A stretch of DNA of 64,000 nt. Origin: an uncultured Acidobacteriota bacterium (GTDB taxonomy: Bacteria; Acidobacteriota; Thermoanaerobaculia; Gp7-AA8). Under the pieces are notes generated by a model. It saw only the letters and a list, made by a program, of their open reading frames with translations, did not search any database and had not been told where the DNA came from. The stretch lies in assembly GCA_963758195.1 (NCBI GenBank), contig CAVWUH010000002.1, positions 715,618 through 779,617 on the forward strand. Reading direction: 5' to 3'. Position numbers and translations under genes: made by a program. The number at the start of each line of letters is the position of its first letter. Position 1 is the stretch's first letter. Positions 52,641 through 64,000 of this stretch are shown piece after piece.

Positions 52641-55262
52641 TTACGCCTTCTCCAGAATCGCCACAGGAAACGACGCGAATACGTTCCTGAGCGGCAGCGA
52701 CTCCCCGTCCACGACCTCATCCGTGAACACGTTCCGCCACCGCCCACCCACCGCGAGCGCATGATCGCCCCACACTTCGCCGAGCGGGAATCGCGGCGGT
52801 TTCACGAGTTGCGTCGTGAGGCGCGGCACAACGACGAGCGCGCCGTCGCCGCGGTGGAAGGCGACGGCGTTCGGCGTGCCCGTGTCGATCGCGCGATAGC
52901 CGGCGTCGTGAAAGCGTGTTCGCGCAGCGAGCGCGCGCGACGTGACGAAGAGCTTCACGCGGCCATCGCGCCACGTGCGCAGCAACGTCGCCGGCGATGG
53001 AAGGTCGCGCAGAAACGCGGCGCGTTTTTCGTAATCGACGGGACGACGATTGTCAGGGTCGACGAGGCTGAAGTCCCAGAGCTCCGTTCCCTGATAGAAA
53101 TCGGGCACGCCGGGGCTGCATGTTTTCAACACGACCTGCGCCAGCGAATTGAGCATCCCGTGAAAGGCAATGCGTCGTTGAAAGCGGGAGAACGCTTCAC
53201 GAAACGGCGTATGCGCGAGGATCGATGTCGCGAAGCGCTGCACCGCGGCCTCGTACTCGATGTTCGGCATGAGCCAGCTCGAATGCGTCTTCGCTTCGCG
53301 CATGGCCTTCTCGAGAAATCGCGAAAGGCGTTGCGTCACGCCCTCGATTTCTGCGTCGTCGAGCGGCCACATCCCGATGAGCGTTTGATAGAGAAGCATT
53401 TCCTCGTTCGGGTGAGGAACGCCGTCGCTCTTCAGCGGCGCGTTGATGCGCGTCCACTTGCGCAGCTCGCGCTGCCACGCGTCCGGAATCTCCGAGAGGA
53501 CGTTGATCCGCGCCCGCGCGTCCTCGGCGCGTTTGGTGTCGTGCGTCGACGTCGCGTTCATGGTGTGCGGCCAATCGCGCGCGATCCGTTCGTTGTGCGC
53601 ATGCAGCTCGGCCACCGGATCGAAACTCGCATCGCGCCCCGGCTCCCCGCCCACTTCGTTGAGCGAGATCAGCCGATTGTCGTTGTAGAAGGCCGTGTCC
53701 TCGACCCCTTTCGCCATCACGCGTCCCGTGAACTGCTGCCAGCGCAGCACGAAGTCGAGCCACTTCTCCTGCTCGCCGGCGATGTACGGCGGGAGCTCGA
53801 GCAGCAGCACGTGCGCGACGAAGTCGAACAGGCGCGCGTCGACACCCGGCGCGCGTCGCCGCGCTTCCGCTACCGCCCGCTCGAGAATCGCGCGATCGGC
53901 CTCGCCCACCGCGGCCTCGCGGATGTACGTGCGATAGACCGGCATGCAGACCGTGATCTCGATCAGCGCCGCAAGCAATTCGCTCGGCGAGAAGTCGCGC
54001 GCATTGCGATCGGCAACGGCCAGCGCGGCGAGGTGCGTTCCGAATGCACGCATCTCGCCGAAGAAGAGTTGCTCGAGCACCTGCTTCTTGCGCTCATAGA
54101 CGAGATCCTCGAACGACAGCGTCCGTCCCGTGTAGGCGCGATCGATCTCTGTCAGACGTCCGAGGCCTCGCGGATCGACGAAGAGTGCATTCGCGGTATC
54201 GAGAAAGTCGTAGCCGGTCGTGCCCGCGCAGCGGAACGGGCGCAGCGTTTCCCCGTGCGCGAGAATCTTCTCGACGACGACGTAGAACGGATCGCCGAGG
54301 CGGGTCTGTAGCTTGGCGAGATAGTTCTCCGGCTCACGCAGCCCGTCGATGTGGTCGATGCGCAGACCGCTGACTTTCCTATCCGCGATGAGCGCGAAGA
54401 CGAGCTGATTGTGCGCCTCGAACACTTCCGGATTCTCGACGTGTACGCCGATGAGATCCGTCACGTCGAAGAAGCGCCGGTAGTTGATCGTCTCGCTGGC
54501 GATGCGCCAGTACGCCAGGCGATACCACTGCGCCTCCAGCAGCGCGTCGAGCAGATCGGGATCGCCGTTGACCCGCGCGATCACCGACGCCAGCGCCTCG
54601 CGAAGCTCTGACGCCTGTTCGTGGAGGCGCCAAAGCGTGTCCTTCACGAACCGGCTATTCGTGATCACGGCATCGTTCTGCACGAGGTCATTCACCTCCG
54701 CCCCAATCCCTTCGGACGGAAGCAGCACCAGGCATTCGCGCAGCAGGAGGTGATACGTGTGCAGCCCGAGCGGCAGCCGCTTGTCGTAGTACCTGAAAAA
54801 GAAACCGTCGGCATCGAACGCGAGTCGGATCTCCCCCGCTTCCAGCGCCTCGCCATACGGACGCCCGAGGATCGGCAGAACCTTGTCGTCGCGCCGCTCG
54901 ATGTCGAAGTAGTAGAGGAAGCGCGACTGCGGCCCATTCTCGAGCACGCTCATCCACCACGCGTTCTCATCACTCGCCGCCATGTGATTCGGCACGATGT
55001 CGAGAATCAACCCCATCCCGAGACGCTCGAGCTCCGCGTGAAGCGCGTTGAAATCCTCGACCGTCCCCAACTCCGGATTCAGCGACGCAACATCCACGAC
55101 GTCGTACCCGTGCGTACTCCCCTTCCGCGCACGCAGCAACGGCGACGCGTATACGTCGCAGATCCCGAGCGCATGCAGATAGCCCGCGACGCGACGCGCA
55201 TCCGCAAACGTGAACTGCGCGTTGAACTGCAGGCGATACGTGGCCAGAGGTACGCGATACAC
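52641..55262 (-). CDS. treY: malto-oligosyltrehalose synthase (GH13)
   Basis: 873 aa. N-terminus MYRVPLATYRLQFNAQFTFADA. GLRIDHIDGL catalytic region. Full-length intact ORF. Confidence 0.9.
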   Translation of the reverse strand: MYRVPLATYRLQFNAQFTFADARRVAGYLHALGICDVYASPLLRARKGSTHGYDVVDVASLNPELGTVEDFNALHAELERLGMGLILDIVPNHMAASDENAWWMSVLENGPQSRFLYYFDIERRDDKVLPILGRPYGEALEAGEIRLAFDADGFFFRYYDKRLPLGLHTYHLLLRECLVLLPSEGIGAEVNDLVQNDAVITNSRFVKDTLWRLHEQASELREALASVIARVNGDPDLLDALLEAQWYRLAYWRIASETINYRRFFDVTDLIGVHVENPEVFEAHNQLVFALIADRKVSGLRIDHIDGLREPENYLAKLQTRLGDPFYVVVEKILAHGETLRPFRCAGTTGYDFLDTANALFVDPRGLGRLTEIDRAYTGRTLSFEDLVYERKKQVLEQLFFGEMRAFGTHLAALAVADRNARDFSPSELLAALIEITVCMPVYRTYIREAAVGEADRAILERAVAEARRRAPGVDARLFDFVAHVLLLELPPYIAGEQEKWLDFVLRWQQFTGRVMAKGVEDTAFYNDNRLISLNEVGGEPGRDASFDPVAELHAHNERIARDWPHTMNATSTHDTKRAEDARARINVLSEIPDAWQRELRKWTRINAPLKSDGVPHPNEEMLLYQTLIGMWPLDDAEIEGVTQRLSRFLEKAMREAKTHSSWLMPNIEYEAAVQRFATSILAHTPFREAFSRFQRRIAFHGMLNSLAQVVLKTCSPGVPDFYQGTELWDFSLVDPDNRRPVDYEKRAAFLRDLPSPATLLRTWRDGRVKLFVTSRALAARTRFHDAGYRAIDTGTPNAVAFHRGDGALVVVPRLTTQLVKPPRFPLGEVWGDHALAVGGRWRNVFTDEVVDGESLPLRNVFASFPVAILEKA

Positions 55263-55382
55263 CAGGTCGAGCTCGGTGCAGGTTCCTTGCCGGTGGCACT
55301 CTTCGACGGACGCGTACGCGATATGCGAGCGGGCGTCGTCCTGCTGCTCAACGGGGCGGCGTCCCGCATTCGCCGCGGTCCT

Positions 55383-55922
55383 CTATGTCGCGGACACCTG
55401 CGCCACCCACCCATCCACCTTTTCGATCGCTGCCCTTGCTTCCGCTGGTTTGACGTGCGGTTTGATCTCCATCAGCTTCGCCGCGCGAGCGGCGGCGTAG
55501 GCGTTTGGCTGCTGACGAGTGACGAACAGCGCCGTGGTTAATGGTTCGAGTTCTTTCACACCTAGCGAGCCGAGCTGCGATGCAGCGAAGTCAATCGCCT
55601 GCTGGTACTTCGCGATTGTCTGAGGGAACTGCTCGCGGAGCTGTGAGAAACGCTCGCCGGTGTCGTAGGTCACCCCCAGTTCGCGAGGAGAAACCCGAAG
55701 GAACTCCTCGGCTTCGAGCAACGCGAGCCGATTGCGTAGCTGGAATGAGAACGGGCCGTAGTAGTGGATGCGGAACTGGTCCGAAAGAGGAACGCCGAAC
55801 AGCTCCTTCATTACGAACGCCGCCTTCTGAAGAAGTGTCTCACCGCAGGCGTGGCCGGTCGCACGCACCTTTTCGACGAATGCGCCGAGGATGGCAGCTT
55901 GTTTCAGATATTCAGTGCTCAT
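55383..55922 (-). CDS. Panacea-domain (DUF4065-like) protein, putative antitoxin/immunity partner
   Basis: TLLQKAAFVMKELFGVPLSDQFRIHYYGPFS resembles the Panacea core (KLQKLLYF...G.PLF...F.AW.YGPV). ATGA translational coupling to the upstream HD-domain gene. Confidence 0.45.
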   Translation of the reverse strand: MSTEYLKQAAILGAFVEKVRATGHACGETLLQKAAFVMKELFGVPLSDQFRIHYYGPFSFQLRNRLALLEAEEFLRVSPRELGVTYDTGERFSQLREQFPQTIAKYQQAIDFAASQLGSLGVKELEPLTTALFVTRQQPNAYAAARAAKLMEIKPHVKPAEARAAIEKVDGWVAQVSAT

Positions 55923-57250
55923 GATGGCTCCTTCTCAGAAAGGATCTTCTCGAGGTTCTCATGCAGCCAGGTGCGGCCTTCCTCGAGAAGCTCCGGCGCG
56001 ATGAAGACGAAGTCGAACACCGCCTTCGGCATCTCCCCGAGGATCTGCGACAGATGAATGGATGAGACGACCGCGCCGTCATCGCGTTCGACGGCGAAGC
56101 GAAACGGCTCGGGCACGGCGGATTCAGGTTCGCTTAACTTGATGTTCGTGTCGTGCGCCACGAATTCTTCTCCAAATCGGTCGCGAGCTGCACAATACAC
56201 AGCACCGACCGCATCCGCGTTTCTCTTCAGGTCTTCGGGGCGACGCTCGTAAAGGACGCGGAAGAAGCGCCGTTGGAGGATGCGCGAAGCGAGCTGGTGT
56301 CGCGGCAATTCAGGATCGGCGACATCGTCTTGCATCGCCGCGAGAACGTGATCGTTGGTAAGCCGCAGGTGGCCCTCGACGGTCGTCGGATAGACCCCGC
56401 CGGGCAGAAACGCCGGCAAATACTTTTTCAAGTGGACGTCCAGCGCGCGACGAACCTTGTGAAAGTAGAGTTGCTCGAACATGAAGTAGCGCGCAAGCTG
56501 CAGTCCCTCAGCAGCGTGCAGACCGCCGGCTTCGATACCGACGACAGCCTTCTGCTGCTCGTCGTCCCACATGATTCGCAATGTGTCGATGACTCGCTGA
56601 TGATCGAAGCGCCCGTACGCGACGCCGGCATGCAGTGAGTCGCGGAGCAGGTAGTCGATCCGATCAACGCCGAACGGATCGCCGGTGACGATCTCGGTCA
56701 TCAGTTCTTCCCACTCGGTGAACGGCGCCCCGTTCCACTTGTCGGCACCCACGGCGATCTTCGCCACGTGATCAGCGTTGAGCGGCGGCGTCATGTCATT
56801 CCAAAGCTTCTGCATTTGTGGTGACCGGATCACCTCCACCGATAAGTTCTCGTGATGCGTATTCTTCGGCAACAGTTCCTCGGCGCCATGTGAAAACGGG
56901 ATGTGTCCGAGGTCGTGACAGAGGGCCGCCATCCGCACGATCGAACGCCAATACCGGTGCTTCGCATCTGTCGGATCAGTCGACGGGAAAATGTTCTTCA
57001 GGCGACCGGTCGTCCGCCGGTTCTCCGGATGCGTGAGCACATCGAAGACTCTGCCGGCAAGATCCATGACGCCGAGGCAATGCTCAAAGCGCTTATGCGT
57101 GGCCGCCGGATAGACGAGCCAGGTAAGAGCGAGCTGGTGAATGTGCCGAAGGCGCTGGAACGCGCGCGAATTGACAACTTTGCGTTCATCGGACGTGAGG
57201 ACGATAAATCCGTGGATCGGATCACGGAATTCGTTGTGTTCCTTAGCCAC
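55919..57250 (-). CDS. HD-domain dNTP-triphosphohydrolase-like protein (dGTPase/SAMHD1 family)
   Basis: FRDPIHGFIVLT...NSRAFQRLRHIHQL...THKRFEHCLGV and CHDLGHIPFSHGAEE match the dGTPase/SAMHD1 HD motifs. Confidence 0.8.
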   Translation of the reverse strand: MAKEHNEFRDPIHGFIVLTSDERKVVNSRAFQRLRHIHQLALTWLVYPAATHKRFEHCLGVMDLAGRVFDVLTHPENRRTTGRLKNIFPSTDPTDAKHRYWRSIVRMAALCHDLGHIPFSHGAEELLPKNTHHENLSVEVIRSPQMQKLWNDMTPPLNADHVAKIAVGADKWNGAPFTEWEELMTEIVTGDPFGVDRIDYLLRDSLHAGVAYGRFDHQRVIDTLRIMWDDEQQKAVVGIEAGGLHAAEGLQLARYFMFEQLYFHKVRRALDVHLKKYLPAFLPGGVYPTTVEGHLRLTNDHVLAAMQDDVADPELPRHQLASRILQRRFFRVLYERRPEDLKRNADAVGAVYCAARDRFGEEFVAHDTNIKLSEPESAVPEPFRFAVERDDGAVVSSIHLSQILGEMPKAVFDFVFIAPELLEEGRTWLHENLEKILSEKEPS

Positions 57251-57353
57251 AAGGGCATGGTAGCAGTGGCAAATGCGGGCTGCGAAAGTTCTACTCCGCG
57301 TAGCTATCTGCAGACGTGTATAAGTGGAGAGTTCCGCGCTTCGACGGCGCCCC

Positions 57354-58109
57354 CTACCTCCCCGCCAACATCGGATACGGATTCACATACGTCCCCTTCC
57401 ACCATCTCCGTTCCTGGTCCAGTCGAATCAGCGCGAAGTGCAGATGCGGTGTGTTCTTCGGGGCGTTGCCGGTGGTGCCGACGTAGGCGAGGACTTCGCC
57501 GCGGTGGAGGAGTTGGCCTTCGTGGAGGCCGGGGGCGTAGTGGTCGAGGTGGGCGTAGTAGTAGCAGAAGCGCTGGTCGGGATCGAACTGGTAGACGGTC
57601 AGGCCGCCGGGCTTGCTGGTGAAGAGTTTCTTCACCACGCCGTCGTCGGTGGCGATGACCGGCGTTCCGGTGGGGGCGAGGATGTCGATGGCCTCGTGAC
57701 GTTTGTTGCCGCGCGTTTCGTTGAAGGTGTCGCGCATGGCGGCGCGCGTGATGCCGGCGACCGGGACGATCATCGGGCGCGGGGCATCGGGATCACGCAT
57801 CGAGGGTGTTTGATTGGCGACGAGAGGCGGCGGAGCGGTCGCAGTCGCGATGGGCGCGATGACATCGGCGGGTACCGCGGGCTCGATTGGAACTTCGATG
57901 GGCACGTCGGGTGGCGGTGCGTCGAGCGGTTCGCCGGAGAGGTCGGGAATCTCCACGGCGGTCGATGATGCCGGTGCGGGCACAGGCGCCCCCATGGCAC
58001 GCGGAACGTCTCGGCGCACCGGACTGTCGGCGGTCCTGTCGGGTCCGGCCGCGATCCAGGCGACCACGCCGACGAGCACAACGCCGAAGAGTGCGAGCAG
58101 CTTCTTCAC
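57354..58109 (-). CDS. M23-family metallopeptidase (LytM-like), secreted
   Basis: Transmembrane/signal N-terminus and a Pro-rich linker. HxxxD...HLHF motifs (HEAIDI, YYAHLDH, PHLHFAL). Confidence 0.8.
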   Translation of the reverse strand: MKKLLALFGVVLVGVVAWIAAGPDRTADSPVRRDVPRAMGAPVPAPASSTAVEIPDLSGEPLDAPPPDVPIEVPIEPAVPADVIAPIATATAPPPLVANQTPSMRDPDAPRPMIVPVAGITRAAMRDTFNETRGNKRHEAIDILAPTGTPVIATDDGVVKKLFTSKPGGLTVYQFDPDQRFCYYYAHLDHYAPGLHEGQLLHRGEVLAYVGTTGNAPKNTPHLHFALIRLDQERRWWKGTYVNPYPMLAGR

Positions 58110-58119
58110 GACCTCAACC

Positions 58120-59112
58120 TCATTTGACGAGGATCGCCGCCATTCCGGGCGTCACGAGGTTCGCGAGCTCGAGGGCGTCCCAATTCGTGAGACGGATGCA
58201 GCCGTGCGAGCTGGTCTTGCCGATCGTCGAAGGCACGGGCGTGCCATGGATGCCGTAGTGCGGTTTCGAGAGATCGATCCAGACGACGCCGACGGGGCTG
58301 TTCGGCCCGGCGGCGAGTTTCACTTTCTTTTCGCTCGCCTCGGCGTCCCAGAAGAGGTCAGGGTTGTAGTTGAACGTCGGATTGCGAGCCACGCCGTTGA
58401 TCTTCCACTCGCCGAGGGGAAGCGGATCGTGCGTGCTGCCGGTGGTGGCGGGATACCGCGCGACGACGACTTTGTTTCCATCCACCACTTCGACGGCTCC
58501 GGCGCTCTTGCTGACGCGCACGATCATCGCGGAGTTCTTTTCGAGTGCCGGACGCGCGACCGCGGGCACCTGGATCACGGTTCCGGCGCGATTGAATTTC
58601 TTTCCCGGATTGAGAAGGACGAGCAGGCTCGCATTGACATGGAACTTCTCGCCGAGCGCCTCGGTGACGCTTTCGTATCCGAGCGACGGCAGTTTCGCTT
58701 TGTCGGCCATCTCCTCGGGAATTGCGGCAAAGGGGCCGGCCACATCCTCGGCAGTGAGCGTGTAGGAAACGATCGCCGGCGCGGTGTCGCGATTCAGGGC
58801 CTTCCACGTTGCGGCGCCGACACGAGAGCCATCGTTGATTTTGCGAGCGCGGTTGAACGCGGCGACCGCGCCGCGCATGGTGCCGCCGAAGCGGCCGTCG
58901 ATCTCGCCGGCCGGAAAGTGCGCGCGGTCGAGAAGGATCTGCGCGCGCACGACGGACGCGTTGCGCTGCGAAGATGCGGTGAGGATCGGATGGCCGGTGG
59001 CTTTGTTCACCGCGGCGACGTTGACGGAGTTCGTGGCGGCGTGCACCGGAACGGCGAGGAGAAGGAGCAAGGCACTGCACAGGATGTTTCGCAGGGTCAT
59101 GACGGTGGACAT
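58120..59112 (-). CDS. L,D-transpeptidase (YkuD domain) with peptidoglycan-binding domain
   Basis: Signal peptide, PG_binding-like region (AQILLDRAHFPAGEIDGRFGGTMRGAV), and catalytic HGTP...SHGCIRL. Confidence 0.85.
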   Translation of the reverse strand: MSTVMTLRNILCSALLLLLAVPVHAATNSVNVAAVNKATGHPILTASSQRNASVVRAQILLDRAHFPAGEIDGRFGGTMRGAVAAFNRARKINDGSRVGAATWKALNRDTAPAIVSYTLTAEDVAGPFAAIPEEMADKAKLPSLGYESVTEALGEKFHVNASLLVLLNPGKKFNRAGTVIQVPAVARPALEKNSAMIVRVSKSAGAVEVVDGNKVVVARYPATTGSTHDPLPLGEWKINGVARNPTFNYNPDLFWDAEASEKKVKLAAGPNSPVGVVWIDLSKPHYGIHGTPVPSTIGKTSSHGCIRLTNWDALELANLVTPGMAAILVK

Positions 59113-59153
59113 TGCAATGGCAAGGCCGTCCCGATGGGGGCAACAGAATTCGG

Positions 59154-59228
59154 GTTCACGCGGAGAGGCGCGGAGAGGAGACGGTCAGGAGCCTTTATCT
59201 CCGCGTGCTCCGCGTCTCCGCGTGAACC
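59154..59228. repeat. Heptamer-repeat hairpin H17 (cgcggag units) 3' of treZ
   Basis: gttcacgcggagaggcgcggagagga ... tctccgcgtgctccgcgtctccgcgtgaacc. Confidence 0.7.
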
Positions 59229-60980
59229 GTTTGGAAGCCGTACGCCGCGAGCGTGATTTCACACCCGTTCGCGCTTGGGAAGGGGACGTTCAGCGTTTGC
59301 TCCTCGTTCGCGAAGTTGAAGGCGAGGATGATTTCGTCCACGTTGGTCCAGCGTCGGACGAACAGCACGCGTCGTTCGTCGTCGGCGTGGGTTTCGAGGC
59401 GCGAGAGATCGAGGCTGCGCAAGGCGGGGGTTTCGCGGCGCAAGGTGAACAGCTGTTTGTAGAATGAGCGAAGCGATTCGTCTTCGATGCGCGTGAGCTT
59501 CGAGCGGAGGAACGTCGATTCATCGTGCGGGTCGGGAGGTACGCCGGACCAGATGAAGTCGTCGAACTCTTCGCTGCGGCCCTTGCGTACGGCTTCGATG
59601 AGATCCGCGTCGGAGTGCGAGGTGAAGTACTGGAACGGTGCGGTCTCGCCGTACTCCTCGCCCATGAAGAGCATCGGAAGGAACGGCGAGAGCACGATCG
59701 CCGCGGCGGTGAGGCGCACCTGCTCGGGCGACACGAGTGTCGTCAGGCGATCGCCCATCATCCGATTGCCGATCTGATCGTGCGTCTGCGCGGAGACGAC
59801 GAAGCGCGCGCCGTCGCTCGTCTTCGGATCGGCGCCGTACTTGCGGCGGCGATAGGGCGAGTGTTGTCCGATGTAGAGAAATCCCTTCGTGAGCACGCGC
59901 GCGAGATTGCTGACCTTGCGGCGGGAAGCTCTCGTAGTAGCCGTCGCTCTCGCCGGTCAGCAACGTGTGCAGCGAGTGGTGGTAATCGTCGGCCCATTGC
60001 GAGTCGAAGCCGAGGCCTTGCTGTGCACGCGGAGTGATCACGCGCGGATCGTTCAGATCGCTCTCGGCGATGCTGTAGACCTTGCGCCCGAGCTCGCGTG
60101 CGCGTGCGTGTACGGCGGCGTTGAGATCCTGCAGGAACGGCTCGGCCGAGGGATCGACGATCGCGTGCACGGCATCGACGCGCAGGCCGTCGATGTGAAA
60201 CTCGTCGATCCATTGCAGCGCGTTGTGGATGAAGAACCAGCGCACGTCGTCGCTGTGCGGGCCGTCGAAGTTGAGCGCCGGACCCCAGGGCGTCGCGTAG
60301 CGCGCGGTGAAGTACGGGCCGTATTCGCTCAGGTAGTTTCCCTCGGGGCCGAGGTGGTTGTAGACGACGTCGAGAAGCAGGGCGAGACCGCGTTGATGAC
60401 AGGCATCGACAAGCCGCTTGAGCGCGCGCGGACCGCCGTACGTCGATTGCGCGGCGCCGATGTACGTTCCGTCGTAGCCCCAGTTGCGCGAGCCGGGAAA
60501 CTGCGCGATCGGCATCAACTCGATGGCGGTGATGCCGAGGTCTTTGAGCGCATCGAGATGTGGAACGATCGCGTCGAACGTCCCTTCGTCGGTGAACGTG
60601 CCGACGTGCAGCTCGTAGAGAACGTAGTCCTCGAGCGCGATGCCGCGCCAGCCGTCGTCGTGCCATTCGAAATCGCCGGCGATGACTTCTGAAGCGGCGT
60701 GAACGCCGTCCGGCTGCGAGCGCGACGCGGGATCGGGACGCTCGGTTCCGCCGAGGTCGAAGAGATAGCGCGTGCCCTCGCCGCAATCGTCGACGATGCC
60801 TTCGTGATAGCCGTTCGGCGCCTTGTGCAACGGCACGCGACGTCCGTGCGGCGCGACGATGTGCACCTCGACGCGCTCACGATGCGGAGCCCACACGCGA
60901 AACTCGCAGCGATTGTCGTCGAGCACGTGCGCGCCGAGGAGAGGTCTGTGCGTTTGATCAGGCATGAGGGAAAAACTCAT
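59195..60980 (-). CDS. treZ: malto-oligosyltrehalose trehalohydrolase (GH13), carrying a single frameshift
   Basis: N-terminus through the catalytic regions (GLRVDAVHAI, SDLND, YHHSLH) is in frame 59520..60980. The C-terminal domain (LSPFLPMLFMGEEYGE...) is in frame 59195..59896. The frameshift is near 59900. Confidence 0.85.
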
Positions 60981-61095
60981 GTCATCCCGAGCGTAGCGAG
61001 GGACCCGGGTGGGTGGGGGCGCGCAACACGATCTTGAATCACGAGTCGCGTGCCACACACCCACCCAGGTCCCTCGCTCGACGCTCGGGATGACA
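60980..61095. repeat. Family-4 palindrome, copy 3
   Basis: Lies between the treZ start and the glgB end. The arms match copies 1 and 2; the centre diverges. Confidence 0.8.
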
Positions 61096-61097
61096 GG

Positions 61098-63116
<2,019 letters not shown>

Positions 63117-63193
63117 CGTCTCGGCGCTCGCCGGCGAAGCGCTCTCCTGCCTACTGCCTACTGCCAACTGCCTACTCGTCTCGGGTACCGCCA

Positions 63194-64000
63194 TCAGCCT
63201 TCCTTCAACGTGGGATTCGCAATGGGATTCACCTGATTTGCAGCATTCGCGCCGCGCACCTGCAACATCTGGGCGGCGATGCTGATCGCGATCTCGTGCG
63301 GATCGTTCGTGCCGAGGTCGAGGCCGACGGGGCAGAAAAACGCGCGCGTCATCTCCTCGGCGAGTCCGGCGTCGAGGACGTCCTTGCGCAGACGCTTCGC
63401 CTTGGCGTTACTGCCGATGACGCCGAGGTACGGGAACGTGCGCGTGCGGAGAATCTCGATGAGGATCGGCTTGTCGGTGGTGTGTCCCATCGTCATCAGC
63501 ACGACGAACGATCCCTCGGCGATCTTCGCGACCTCCCGCGGCATCTCCGGCGCGAGAATCTTCGTCAGCTTCGGCGAATCGGGCAGCCGCGAGAGCCACT
63601 CCTCGCGCGGATCGATGCAGGTGATGCGGCAGTCGAGCCGCACGAGCATATCGATCAGCGCGCCGGCGACATGGCCGGCGCCGAAGACGACGATCTTCCA
63701 TCGCGTGACATTGAAGGCTTCGAAGTAGACACGCACGATCCCGCCACAGGTCATGCCGATGTCCTTCTCGAGACTCCACTGCACGAAGCGCGTCTTCGGC
63801 GCCGCGTCATCGAGCAGCAACCGCTTTGCCTCTTCGATCGCCCGCACCTCGACCTTGCCACCGCCGACCGTCCCGAACACGCGCCCCTCGTCCGTCACCA
63901 GCATCTTCGCGCCGCGATCCTGCGGCGTCGAGCCGAGAGTGTCGACGACGGTTACGGCGACGAAGGGCGTGCCTTGCTCGACGAGGGAGCTCTGCGATTC
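63194..64000 (-). CDS. XdhC/CoxI-family molybdenum-cofactor insertion accessory protein, 5'-partial at the window edge
   Basis: Rossmann-like [15 protein letters not shown], and C-terminal [24 protein letters not shown] typical of XdhC. The ORF continues past the window end. Confidence 0.7.
   Translation of the reverse strand, partial: ESQSSLVEQGTPFVAVTVVDTLGSTPQDRGAKMLVTDEGRVFGTVGGGKVEVRAIEEAKRLLLDDAAPKTRFVQWSLEKDIGMTCGGIVRVYFEAFNVTRWKIVVFGAGHVAGALIDMLVRLDCRITCIDPREEWLSRLPDSPKLTKILAPEMPREVAKIAEGSFVVLMTMGHTTDKPILIEILRTRTFPYLGVIGSNAKAKRLRKDVLDAGLAEEMTRAFFCPVGLDLGTNDPHEIAISIAAQMLQVRGANAANQVNPIANPTLKEG

Overview
This is a 64-kb, high-GC (about 65-70%) bacterial chromosomal segment with dense coding on both strands. 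The gene content suggests a soil Acidobacteria/Gemmatimonadetes-like organism; that guess is inference only. I found no rRNA, tRNA, CRISPR array, transposase or integrase.

Gene content, left to right:
- A SAM methyltransferase and a POT peptide transporter.
- A LytS/LytTR two-component pair.
- An ECF sigma/anti-sigma operon followed by two secreted HEAT-repeat proteins.
- HicBA and BrnTA toxin-antitoxin pairs.
- A MacAB-type efflux operon (membrane fusion protein, ABC ATPase, two FtsX permeases) with an NtrC-family response regulator and PAS histidine kinase downstream.
- A GlxA-type regulator and an isochorismatase.
- A low-GC islet carrying a DUF2971 protein and a nucleotidyltransferase-like protein.
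- An APC amino-acid permease.
- A reductive pyrimidine/hydantoin catabolism cluster (mmsA, NCS1 permease, DHOD-family PydA-like oxidoreductase, dihydropyrimidinase, beta-ureidopropionase, ATP-grasp protein, DAACS symporter). A second low-GC islet encoding two secreted proteins sits inside it.
- trpF and a receiver-only response regulator.
- A glycogen/trehalose block (BNR-sortilin hydrolase, GH57, malQ, treY, treZ, glgB). Inside this block sit an HD-domain dGTPase-like gene coupled to a Panacea-like gene, an M23 peptidase and an L,D-transpeptidase.
- A partial xdhC at the right edge.

Two properties of the sequence stand out. First, many long genes carry indel frameshifts; this points to sequencing or assembly indels, or to recent pseudogenisation. 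Second, the intergenic space, and a few coding regions, are full of structured repeats. There are at least four palindromic MITE/REP-like families. There is also a widespread family of hairpins whose arms are tandem heptanucleotide repeats: the sequence varies from copy to copy but the architecture is conserved. Some of these hairpins carry a palindromic element nested in their loop, and some are inserted in frame into coding sequences.
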